43,707 bases of DNA, from the NCBI GenBank assembly GCA_913055595.1, contig CAJXLD010000001.1:1-43707 (forward strand), in the 5' to 3' direction. Shown here piece after piece: positions 1-8,436 of this stretch (the first letter of the stretch is position 1; every line of letters begins with the position of its first letter). A model generated the notes under the pieces. The model worked only from the letters and a program-made list of their open reading frames with translations, ran no database searches and was not told the origin of the DNA. The position numbers and the translations under genes were made by a program. This stretch comes from an uncultured Altererythrobacter sp. (GTDB lineage Bacteria; Pseudomonadota; Alphaproteobacteria; Sphingomonadales; Sphingomonadaceae).

Positions 1-57
1 CGGCAGCCAGATCGCGGGTGCGATACGCATTCGCCAAAAAGAAGGAGTCAACAAAAT

Positions 58-621
58 ATGACCAGATCTACCCTTTCTGCGCGCCCTCGATCGGCTGAAT
101 CTGCAGAAAGCAAGAAGGAACCGACGGCGACAAAAACGGGAAACCTTCAGGACATTTTCCTCAACTACCTGCGCAAGGAAAAGATCCCTGTCACCATGTT
201 CTTGGTGAAAGGCGTGAAGTTGCAGGGGATTGTGACCTGGTTTGACAATTTCTCCATCCTTCTTCGCCGTGATGGCCAGTCGCAGCTCGTCTACAAGCAT
301 GCCATTTCCACCATCATGCCCGGCAACCCAGTGGATGCCGACCAGTTCGGAGGAGTGGCCGGGGGCAACCGCAAACAGCGCTTGCTGCAAGACATTTTTC
401 TTACCAGCGTTCGCGATGCAGAAGTCCAGGTGACCATGTTCCTGGTCAATGGTGTGATGCTGCAAGGCCGGATCGCCAGCTTCGATCTGTTCTGCATGCT
501 CCTGGAGCGTGAGGGCTTTGTGCAGTTGGCTTACAAGCATGCTGTCTCGACCATTCAACCTGCAACACATGTCGATTTGAGCGGTGATTTCGACGACGAT
601 GATGAAGGCGACGACGCCTGA
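58..621 (+). CDS. hfq: RNA chaperone Hfq with two tandem Sm/Hfq domains and an acidic tail
   Basis: Two copies of LQDIFL...VTMFLVxGVxLQG...FDxF...QLxYKHAxSTI; AAGGAG RBS at 42-47; lies upstream of hflX. Confidence 0.96.
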   Translation: MTRSTLSARPRSAESAESKKEPTATKTGNLQDIFLNYLRKEKIPVTMFLVKGVKLQGIVTWFDNFSILLRRDGQSQLVYKHAISTIMPGNPVDADQFGGVAGGNRKQRLLQDIFLTSVRDAEVQVTMFLVNGVMLQGRIASFDLFCMLLEREGFVQLAYKHAVSTIQPATHVDLSGDFDDDDEGDDA

Positions 622-1952
622 TATTCGACAATGATGAAGTAGAGGGCGAGGTTACCCGCGGTGCGCGGGCCCTTGTCGTCTGCCCGGATATCAGAGGTCA
701 CCGCAGCAGCCAGGACCCCGAAGCGAGACTGGAAGAGGCCAAGGGTCTTGCGCTCGCCATCGGGATTGTGGTGGCGGAAGCCTATATCATGCCCGTCCGG
801 ACCGTTCGCCCCAACACCCTGTTCGGCGAAGGCCAGGTCGAACGAATGCGGGCAAATTGCGAGCTGCATGAAGCCGAACTGGTCATCATCGATGGGGCGC
901 TTTCGCCGATCCAGCAGCGCAATCTGGAGGACAGGCTCAAGCGCAAGGTGATCGATCGCACCGGCCTGATCCTAGAGATCTTCGGCGAGCGGGCCTCAAC
1001 AGCGGAAGGTCGGCTGCAGGTCGAACTGGCGCATCTCGATTACCAGCAAAGCCGCCTCGTGCGCAGCTGGACCCACCTTGAACGGCAACGTGGTGGCTTT
1101 GGCTTCCTTGGCGGCCCCGGTGAAACACAGATCGAGGCCGACCGGCGACTGATCCGCAACCGCATGGCCAAATTGCGCCGCGAGTTGGAACAAGTCCGCA
1201 AGACGCGCGAGCTACATCGCAAGCGGCGGGGCAGGGCGCCCTGGCCGGTGATTGCTCTGGTGGGTTACACCAATGCCGGGAAATCCACCCTTTTCAATCG
1301 CATGACAGGAGCGGAGGTGATGGCGGAAGACTTGCTCTTCGCCACACTTGATCCGACTATGCGGGCTATCTCCTTGCCGGGTGTCGAGAAGGCGATCCTT
1401 TCCGACACTGTAGGCTTTATCTCCGATCTTCCAACACAGCTTGTCGCTGCATTTCGCGCGACGTTGGAGGAAGTGACATCCGCCGATATCATCCTGCATG
1501 TGCGCGACATCGCCAACCCGGACAGTGCCATGCAGAAGGCGCAGGTGCTGTCGGTTCTCGCCGATCTGGGTGTGATTGACGGCGAAGAGGGCGATGAGAG
1601 CAGCGTTCCGATTGTCGAGATCTGGAACAAGTGGGACTTACTCGATGCCGAACGGCGCGAGGAACTGGGCGGCTTGGCCGCAAGCGATCCCGATATACTG
1701 CCACTCTCGGCGCAAACGGGTTTCGGCGTCGATGCACTCGTCGAATTGCTCGGCCAACGCCTGACAGGCGATGCTTCGTTGCACGAACTCATCGTTCCCA
1801 GCAGCGACGGACAGCGCCTCGCCTGGCTCTACGCTCGTGGCGAGGTTCTTTCAGATGAGGAAGGTGAAGAAGCGGAGGTTGGGCCCACACGCCGACTCAA
1901 AGTTCGCCTGACATCGCGCGAATACGGTCGCTATCTTGCGATGGGCGGCTGA
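618..1952 (+). CDS. hflX: Ribosome-splitting GTPase HflX; start probably CTG at 618 (ORF track starts at 768)
   Basis: [28 protein letters not shown] and GPGETQIE motifs; in-frame upstream sequence RALVVCP...[14 protein letters not shown] is HflX-like; in-frame stop at 603-605. Confidence 0.95.
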   Translation: MIFDNDEVEGEVTRGARALVVCPDIRGHRSSQDPEARLEEAKGLALAIGIVVAEAYIMPVRTVRPNTLFGEGQVERMRANCELHEAELVIIDGALSPIQQRNLEDRLKRKVIDRTGLILEIFGERASTAEGRLQVELAHLDYQQSRLVRSWTHLERQRGGFGFLGGPGETQIEADRRLIRNRMAKLRRELEQVRKTRELHRKRRGRAPWPVIALVGYTNAGKSTLFNRMTGAEVMAEDLLFATLDPTMRAISLPGVEKAILSDTVGFISDLPTQLVAAFRATLEEVTSADIILHVRDIANPDSAMQKAQVLSVLADLGVIDGEEGDESSVPIVEIWNKWDLLDAERREELGGLAASDPDILPLSAQTGFGVDALVELLGQRLTGDASLHELIVPSSDGQRLAWLYARGEVLSDEEGEEAEVGPTRRLKVRLTSREYGRYLAMGG

Positions 1953-1996
1953 TCCAAGCTTGACCGCATTGCACAAGCCATTGATGGTTCGCCACC

Positions 1997-2755
1997 ATGC
2001 TTGAGGGGATAACTACCGGCTATGAAGACAGGTTTGATTTCCCGGCGCGTGATGGACCGCCAGGGAAATCCTACTTGCTCGCTTCCGTCCCGCGGGCGGG
2101 CAGCACCTTTGTCAGTCATCTTTTCTGGTCGACCGGCTGCTTTGGCGCTCCGCTCGAATATCTAAATTTCGAGCCCTCTGGCCCGTATGGTGACGCAAGC
2201 GGACGACCTGATCAGCAAATGCATCTTTGGAACAATGCTCTGGTGAAGCGCACATCACCCAACGGCGTTTTCGGGCTCAAGACCTTTCCCGGACAGCTCC
2301 ACCACCTGCAACAGGCCAATCCCGCCTTGGTTGATGAAGCAATCCGATTTCTTGTCGGTCCGGGATCAGGCCGAAAGGTTGTGCAATTGCGACGGCGCGA
2401 CAAGACCGCGCATGCTATATCCTATGCCCGCGCCATGCTGAGCGGAATTTGGCGCAAGGAGCAGGAAGGGGAAGGGCGCGATGAACCCGAATACTCGGAG
2501 ATCGCCCTGCAGCGCGCCGCAAAGATGATCGAGCAGCAGGAAGATGGGTGGGAGGCGATGTATCGCGATATCGGCATCGTCCCGCTGGTGTTGTGGTTCG
2601 AGGACGTCTTGGCAGAACCTGCCGCCGCGATTGCGCAGGTTGGCAACTATCTTGGCGTTTCCATCGATCCTGCCGCAGCAATTGATGTGCCAAGGATCGA
2701 AAGACAGGACCAACAAGGCGCAAAGGCCTGGGCACAAAGACACGCTGAAAGCTAG
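1997..2755 (+). CDS. Stf0-family sulfotransferase
   Basis: YLLASVPRAGST (PAPS-binding loop), APLEYLN, NGVFGLK and LRRRD...AISYARA motifs typical of Stf0-like enzymes. Confidence 0.8.
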   Translation: MLEGITTGYEDRFDFPARDGPPGKSYLLASVPRAGSTFVSHLFWSTGCFGAPLEYLNFEPSGPYGDASGRPDQQMHLWNNALVKRTSPNGVFGLKTFPGQLHHLQQANPALVDEAIRFLVGPGSGRKVVQLRRRDKTAHAISYARAMLSGIWRKEQEGEGRDEPEYSEIALQRAAKMIEQQEDGWEAMYRDIGIVPLVLWFEDVLAEPAAAIAQVGNYLGVSIDPAAAIDVPRIERQDQQGAKAWAQRHAES

Positions 2756-3513
2756 CGCAAAGCCTTTTTCGCGCGGAGCCAGTAGTTCTCCTGCTCATCA
2801 AGCGACAAGGCATCAAACTGCTTTCCGTCTGCGGAAGCCAGTTCTTCCATGAGCCGGAAGCGTTTTTCGAATTTGGAATTCGTGGCCCTTAGAGCCTGTT
2901 CCGCATCGACACCGTAATGTCGGATGATGTTGACCGCAGCGAAAAGGACATCGCCGGCTTCGAGCAGGCGTTCCTCCTTTGTGGCTGCTTCAAGCTCATC
3001 GATCTCTTCATCCAGCTTGGCACGCGGTCCCGTATGGTCCGGCCAATCGAAGCCAACTCGTTCAGCACGTTTCTGGAGCTTTTCAGCTCGCATCAGCGCG
3101 GGCAGGGCCTTTGCCACACCTTCCAAAGCGCTCTGGGCGCCGTTCTGCGCTCGTTCTGTCGCTTTCAGTTCTTCCCAGCGGCGAGAGGTCATCCGACCGC
3201 CTTCCTCGCCGAAGATATGCGGATGGCGTGCTTCCATCTTGTCAGAGATTGCTTTTGCGACATCATCGAATGTGAATTCACCGGCTTCTTCCGCCATCCG
3301 GGCGTGGAACACCACCTGAAGCAGCAGATCGCCCAGTTCTCCGCGCAAGTCCGCCATGTCACCACGCTCTATTGCGTCGGCGACTTCGTAGGCTTCCTCG
3401 ATTGTGTACGGCGCAATAGTAGAGAAGTTCTGCGCGACATCCCATTCGCACCCGTTTTCCGGGTCGCGGAGGCGAGCCATGAGGCGGAGGAGGCGGTCGA
3501 GTTCCTGGGACAT
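2752..3513 (-). CDS. mazG: Nucleoside triphosphate pyrophosphohydrolase MazG
   Basis: LRDPENGCEWD, EEAYEVADAI and ELGDLLLQVVFH motifs; second MazG domain EAGDVLF...KFEKRF. Confidence 0.96.
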   Translation of the reverse strand: MSQELDRLLRLMARLRDPENGCEWDVAQNFSTIAPYTIEEAYEVADAIERGDMADLRGELGDLLLQVVFHARMAEEAGEFTFDDVAKAISDKMEARHPHIFGEEGGRMTSRRWEELKATERAQNGAQSALEGVAKALPALMRAEKLQKRAERVGFDWPDHTGPRAKLDEEIDELEAATKEERLLEAGDVLFAAVNIIRHYGVDAEQALRATNSKFEKRFRLMEELASADGKQFDALSLDEQENYWLRAKKALR

Positions 3514-3515
3514 GT

Positions 3516-3543
3516 TAGAATGATAATATATATTATGTTAAGT
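3516..3543 (+). other. dif: Chromosomal dif site (XerC/XerD dimer-resolution site)
   Basis: TAGAATGATAA-TATATA-TTATGTTAAGT has the 11-6-11 layout; XerD arm matches E. coli TTATGTTAAAT at 10/11; intergenic and AT-rich; KOPS polarity inverts here. Confidence 0.9.
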
Positions 3544-3579
3544 TTAGGGATGGCGTAGAAGAAGGCGCATATTGCAACC

Positions 3580-3750
3580 CTACCAACCTATTACCGTGAA
3601 AATCATCGTGACAAACAGAAAAACTGATCCCCAAACCAATGCCATAACGACCGTTCTTTGCATCCCGACCCGGTGCGCGCGGTAAGCGCCAAGCACAAGG
3701 ACAAGCCAACCGATCATAGCGATCAAAGAGACGATACCCACTTCGGTCAT
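3580..3750 (-). CDS. Small 56-aa two-TM membrane protein (not in ORF track)
   Basis: Manual translation MTEVGIVSLIAMIGWLVLVLGAYRAHRVGMQRTVVMALVWGSVFLFVTMIFTVIGW*; ATG overlaps the upstream stop (ATGA coupling). Confidence 0.75.
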   Translation of the reverse strand: MTEVGIVSLIAMIGWLVLVLGAYRAHRVGMQRTVVMALVWGSVFLFVTMIFTVIGW

Positions 3751-4514
3751 GCGACCAATTCCATACCGTCGAAACCGACCAACACATTGTCAGGCAGTTC
3801 GGCGCTCAAACTCGCATAATCCATGCTCTTGTCCAGATGCGTCAGCACCGTCGTTCCCGCACGGGTCTCTCGTCCGAATTCAAGCGCCATGGTCAAATTG
3901 CAATGCGTCGGATGTGCTTCTCGCCTCAAACAGTCCGTTACGAGGATATCGACATCATAAAACACATCGATCATTTCCTTCGTGATTTCACTGAAGTCAG
4001 TTGTGTAAGCGATTGATTTTCCGTCAGCTTCAAATCGATATCCGGTGGTTTTCGTGGGTCCGTGCGGCATTTCCACCGAATCCACTGCAAATCCGGCGTG
4101 GATCTTGATCACATCGAGCGAATTGATGTCGACAATGCTCGGATAACCGAATTGTCCGCTGAACACGTAATTGAAGCGGTGCTTCAGGCTCTGCATCGTC
4201 ACTTGTGATGCAAATCCGGGGATCGGCGCAGCCCGACCAAAGCGCATCGGCCTCAGATCATCGATCCCATGGCAATGATCGGCGTGATCATGCGTCCAAA
4301 AGACACCATCCACCTTGTCGATATCGTTTGCGAGCAACTGTTGGCGCAAATCGGTGGAGGTATCGACCAGGAGCCGCGAACCTTCTGTACTCTCGACAAT
4401 GATGGACACGCGGGTACGCCGGTTCTTCGGCTCATTTGGATCGCATTCGCCCCAGTCACCGCCGATCCGCGGTACGCCGGTCGATGTTCCTGAACCGAGG
4501 ACGATCAGCTTCAC
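3747..4514 (-). CDS. MBL-fold metallo-hydrolase (PhnP-like phosphodiesterase)
   Basis: LGSGTSTGVP, THDHADH (HxHxDH) and LTHL motifs; usual position after tatD. Confidence 0.9.
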   Translation of the reverse strand: MKLIVLGSGTSTGVPRIGGDWGECDPNEPKNRRTRVSIIVESTEGSRLLVDTSTDLRQQLLANDIDKVDGVFWTHDHADHCHGIDDLRPMRFGRAAPIPGFASQVTMQSLKHRFNYVFSGQFGYPSIVDINSLDVIKIHAGFAVDSVEMPHGPTKTTGYRFEADGKSIAYTTDFSEITKEMIDVFYDVDILVTDCLRREAHPTHCNLTMALEFGRETRAGTTVLTHLDKSMDYASLSAELPDNVLVGFDGMELVA

Positions 4515-5287
4515 GGAGTGGCCTTGCTGAAGAGCGAATAGAAATTGCTGGTTGTCTGTTGCGCAAGCGTTTGAACGTCGGTCCCGCGCAATTCGGCCAC
4601 GAATTCCGCCGTGTTTCGGACAAAGGCAGGTTCGCAGGTCTTTCCGCGATGCGGGACCGGCGCAAGAAACGGACTGTCCGTCTCGACCAGCATCCTGTCC
4701 GCCGGAATTTCCTTGGCGAACTCCTGAATTTCAGCGGCATTCTTGAAGGTGACGATACCCGAAAGCGAGATCGTCAGTCCGAGGTCCAGAACCGTACGTC
4801 CGAAATCGGAAGAAGCGGTGAAACAATGGATCAAGGCCGGAAATGCGCCTTTCTCCATCTCCTCGGCGAGAATTGCAGCCGTATCCTCATCTGCATCGCG
4901 TGTGTGAATGATCAGCGGCAGTCCAGTTTCGCGCGACACCTCGATATGCGTACGAAACAGCGCCTTCTGCACTTCGCGATCGGACTTGTCATAGTAGTAA
5001 TCAAGCCCGGTTTCGCCGATGGCGATCACGCGTGGATGCTCGGCAGCTTCGAGCAGGGCACCCTTCCCCAGATCAGCGTGCTGGTCCGCCTCGTGCGGGT
5101 GGATGCCGATGGAGGCCCAGACGTCACTCTCACGCTCCGCCGTAGCGACGATATCTTGCCATTCGCTCTGCCGGGTGGAAATGTTGAGGAAGGCTGACAC
5201 CCCCGCCGCGCGCGCATTGTCCAGCACATCGCCCTGGCGCTCGACCAGTCCCTTATAATTGAGGTGGCAATGGCTATCGACGAGCAT
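4511..5287 (-). CDS. tatD: TatD-family hydrolase/DNase
   Basis: Start MLVDSHCHL coupled to metG stop; GIHPH, IGETGLDY, IHTRDA, HCF and ETDSPFLAP motifs. Confidence 0.93.
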   Translation of the reverse strand: MLVDSHCHLNYKGLVERQGDVLDNARAAGVSAFLNISTRQSEWQDIVATAERESDVWASIGIHPHEADQHADLGKGALLEAAEHPRVIAIGETGLDYYYDKSDREVQKALFRTHIEVSRETGLPLIIHTRDADEDTAAILAEEMEKGAFPALIHCFTASSDFGRTVLDLGLTISLSGIVTFKNAAEIQEFAKEIPADRMLVETDSPFLAPVPHRGKTCEPAFVRNTAEFVAELRGTDVQTLAQQTTSNFYSLFSKATP

Positions 5288-6849
5288 CAGGCGGTTTCTT
5301 CCTCGGGTAATTCGAGACGCGGGAAGAGGCCCTGCGGCTTGTCGAGCTGGTAATCGGCTTCGGCGAGCGGTGAGTACCAATGCGAACGAATCCCATCGAC
5401 CGTGCGCAACTCCTGCGCAATTCCCATCGCGTCGAGAAGTTTGCGCGAGGATTTTGGAATAAAGGGAGAAATAGCCACGGTCAGCTGGGCGATGACGATG
5501 TAGAGCGTAGCCAGAACCGTCTTCATTCGCTCGAAATCGGTTTTCTTCAGCGCCCAAGGCGCCTGCGCGTCGATGTAGGCGTTGCAGGCGAACACAGCAC
5601 CCATCCATGCCTCCAGTGCCTGCGCAAAGGCCAGCTGATCCATCGCGGCGGGCATCTCATTCGCAATCACGCGATCGACATGGGCAAAAAGCGCATTGTC
5701 TTCATCCGTATGGCAGGAAATAGGCGGCAGATTGCCCTCGCAATTCTTGTAGAGCAGCGAGAGCGTGCGCTGGGCGAGATTGCCATAGCTATTGGCCAGT
5801 TCGGCATTGTTGCGGTTAACGATCGCTTCCTGCGAGTAGCTGCCGTCCTGCCCGAAGGAGAATTCGCGCAGCAGGAAATAGCGCAGCGGGTCGACGCCGA
5901 ATTTGTCAGCGAGTTCGGATGGATCGGTGACATTGCCGAGCGATTTCGATTCCTTCTGCCCGCGGTTGAGCAGGAAGCCGTGACCGAATACCTTCTTGGG
6001 TACGGCAATACCGGCGCTCATCAGGAAGGCGGGCCAGTATACGGCGTGGAAACGCACGATGTCCTTGCCGATCAGATGTAGGTCGGCGGGCCAGAACTTG
6101 GCCATATTCTCCGTCTGGCCAGGATAGCCAAGGCCGGTGAGGTAATTGGTCAGCGCATCGACCCAGACATACATGACATGGTCTTCATGCCCCGGCACCT
6201 TGACGCCCCAGTCGAAGCTGGTGCGGCTGACCGATAGATCGCGCAGTCCGCCTTCGACAAATCGCACGACTTCGTTGCGGCGGCTGTCTGGCTGGATAAA
6301 GTCCGGATGGTCGCGATAAAGCGCTAGCAGCGGTTCCTGGTATTTCGACAGGCGGAAAAACCAGCTCTCCTCAACGGTCCATTCCACCGGCGTGCCTTGC
6401 GGGGAGAGCTTCTCGCCCCCTTCACCATCGGTCAGCTCGCTTTCATCATAATAGGCTTCGTCGCGAACCGAGTACCAGCCTTCGTACCGGTCGAGATAGA
6501 GGTCGCCATTCGCTTCCATCGCCTTCCAGATGGCCTGGCTGGCGCGGTGGTGTTCGTCTTCGGTCGTGCGGATGAAACGATCATAGGAGATATCGAGCTT
6601 GTCGAACAGTTCGCGGAAATATCCGGACATCTCATCGGCTAATTCGCGCGGCGTGATGCCAAGATCGCGCGCCTTCTGGGCCATCTTCAACCCGTGCTCG
6701 TCGGTACCCGTCTGGAAACGCACTTCGCGCCCCTGCAGGCGCTGGGATCGCGCCATCACATCGGCGGCAATCGTCTCATAGGCGTGGCCGATATGCGGCT
6801 TGCCATTGGGGTAGTGAATCGCGGTGGTGAGATAATAGGGATCAGCCAT
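5287..6849 (-). CDS. metG: Methionyl-tRNA synthetase (short form)
   Basis: HIGH, GTDEHG, YVWVDAL and GKDIVRFH motifs; KMSKS variant KESKS. Confidence 0.97.
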   Translation of the reverse strand: MADPYYLTTAIHYPNGKPHIGHAYETIAADVMARSQRLQGREVRFQTGTDEHGLKMAQKARDLGITPRELADEMSGYFRELFDKLDISYDRFIRTTEDEHHRASQAIWKAMEANGDLYLDRYEGWYSVRDEAYYDESELTDGEGGEKLSPQGTPVEWTVEESWFFRLSKYQEPLLALYRDHPDFIQPDSRRNEVVRFVEGGLRDLSVSRTSFDWGVKVPGHEDHVMYVWVDALTNYLTGLGYPGQTENMAKFWPADLHLIGKDIVRFHAVYWPAFLMSAGIAVPKKVFGHGFLLNRGQKESKSLGNVTDPSELADKFGVDPLRYFLLREFSFGQDGSYSQEAIVNRNNAELANSYGNLAQRTLSLLYKNCEGNLPPISCHTDEDNALFAHVDRVIANEMPAAMDQLAFAQALEAWMGAVFACNAYIDAQAPWALKKTDFERMKTVLATLYIVIAQLTVAISPFIPKSSRKLLDAMGIAQELRTVDGIRSHWYSPLAEADYQLDKPQGLFPRLELPEEETA

Positions 6850-7804
6850 TGGCGGCTTCCCTATAAGTGGCGAGCTTGGTGAGCAAGGTGCCTATTTCCA
6901 TCACCAGCAATCCGGGATCGAAGTTGTAGGTTGGCACCTGCGCTGTCAGACGCGAGAGTTCTGCATGGGCCTCGACAAGTCCGGGAATTTCGCGAGCGCC
7001 AATTGATGCCATGCGATTTGCTGCCACCGCGCGGGCAAGATCGACGGCGGCGAGTTGCCTCTCGCGCGTAGGCCGCACGCCCATGGCATCCGCCATACGC
7101 CCTCTCAGCGAAAAATCGTCATCGCCGCGCTCGGCAATTTCACACATCAGGCCATGAAGCCCACCGAGATCCATCTCGACGAAATCGAGCGCCGCGCCCG
7201 GTGACCCGCCAGAGGCAGCGATGGCTGCGCTTCGTGTAGCTGCATCGACCTCAGGCGCCTCGCGCGCCAAAACTGTTTCAAGTTGTTCCTCTGAGAGACG
7301 CGGAAAGGATAGCATGCGACAACGCGAGCGGATTGTCGCCAACAAGCGTCCGGGACGATGCGTAACAAGCAGGAAGAAGCTACCCACGGGCGGTTCCTCC
7401 AGGCTCTTGAGCAAGGCATTGGACGCACCCTTCTCCATATCATCAGCCGGATCGATGATGATCGCTCGTCGGCTTCCCAACGTTGGACGCGTGGTCAGGC
7501 GTTGCTGCATCTCGCGGATTTGGTCGACCGATATGTTGCGCTTGAGTTGAAAGGGCTTGCCTTGCTCCTTCTTTTTCTCCTCCTCCTTATTGGCGGGAAG
7601 ATGGGACAAGACGATGATATCGGGATGTGCGCCTTTCGGCTGCTCCATACCCGGTTCGGCGAGCAGCTCGCGTGCGGCCTGCACAGCGAAACCCGCCTTG
7701 CCGATCCCCCGCCGCCCCGCGAGAATCCAACCGTGATGCATACGTGGGCTGGCCAGCGCCGCGTGCCACTCGTTCCACGCCTGGTCATGACCGATATAAC
7801 TCAT
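6842..7804 (-). CDS. holB: DNA polymerase III delta' subunit
   Basis: HPD, ISVDQIR, NALLKSLEEPP and TIRSRC motifs; tmk-holB-metG synteny. Confidence 0.92.
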   Translation of the reverse strand: MSYIGHDQAWNEWHAALASPRMHHGWILAGRRGIGKAGFAVQAARELLAEPGMEQPKGAHPDIIVLSHLPANKEEEKKKEQGKPFQLKRNISVDQIREMQQRLTTRPTLGSRRAIIIDPADDMEKGASNALLKSLEEPPVGSFFLLVTHRPGRLLATIRSRCRMLSFPRLSEEQLETVLAREAPEVDAATRSAAIAASGGSPGAALDFVEMDLGGLHGLMCEIAERGDDDFSLRGRMADAMGVRPTRERQLAAVDLARAVAANRMASIGAREIPGLVEAHAELSRLTAQVPTYNFDPGLLVMEIGTLLTKLATYREAANG

Positions 7805-8436
7805 CCGACCGGCCCCAACCTATCATGTACAGCGGCCATAATGCGCCCATGTACCTCTTCGGGCGTCCCCGATCCGTCGATACGCACAAAGCGCTCCGGT
7901 TCGTTTTCGGCAATGTCGGCAAACCTTCGAGCTACAGCTTCATGAAAGGCCTTTGCCCGGCCACCGATGCGATCGCTGTTGTCACCGTCGCGTGCGCGCA
8001 AGCGCTCAGCAGTGTCGCTGTCACCGGCTTCGATCAGCAAGGTCAGGTCCGGCAATAGCCCTTGCGATCCAATGCGGTGGAGGGAGAGCACATCGGCATC
8101 GGAAACGCCCCCCTCCCCTCCCTGGTAAGCACGAGTGGAATCGACAAATCGGTCACACAGTACCCATTTTCCTTTTTCCAGCGCGGGACGGATGACGCGT
8201 TCGACATGATCTGCGCGTGCCGCGGCGAAAAGCAGAACTTCGGCTTCAGGGCTCCATCCCTCGCCTTCTGGATCAAGGAGGAGTGCACGGATCGCCTCGG
8301 CAGCGCTGGTTCCTCCGGGTTCGCGTGTGACGATGACCGACACACCCATCTGCTCCAGCGCAACCGCAAGGAGCCGTGCCTGTGTCGATTTGCCAGCGCC
8401 TTCACCGCCCTCAAGAGTAATGAACTTTCCCGCCAT
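7801..8436 (-). CDS. tmk: Thymidylate kinase
   Basis: EGGEGAGKST, TREPGG and DRFVDSTRAYQG motifs. Confidence 0.96.
   Translation of the reverse strand: MAGKFITLEGGEGAGKSTQARLLAVALEQMGVSVIVTREPGGTSAAEAIRALLLDPEGEGWSPEAEVLLFAAARADHVERVIRPALEKGKWVLCDRFVDSTRAYQGGEGGVSDADVLSLHRIGSQGLLPDLTLLIEAGDSDTAERLRARDGDNSDRIGGRAKAFHEAVARRFADIAENEPERFVRIDGSGTPEEVHGRIMAAVHDRLGPVG

Noticed and set aside
2752-3513. mazG as part of an anti-phage or toxin-antitoxin system
   Set aside because: It is the two-domain housekeeping form with no mazEF or defence genes nearby
3523-3536. ATAATATATATTAT palindrome as a transcription-factor (e.g. NrdR) operator
   Set aside because: It is better explained as the inner symmetry of dif, and it lacks the NrdR CAC/GTG flanks
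3533-3787. 84-aa minus-strand ORF from the track
   Set aside because: It overlaps the MBL gene and dif; the 56-aa frame at 3580-3750 has coupling and a coherent TM pattern
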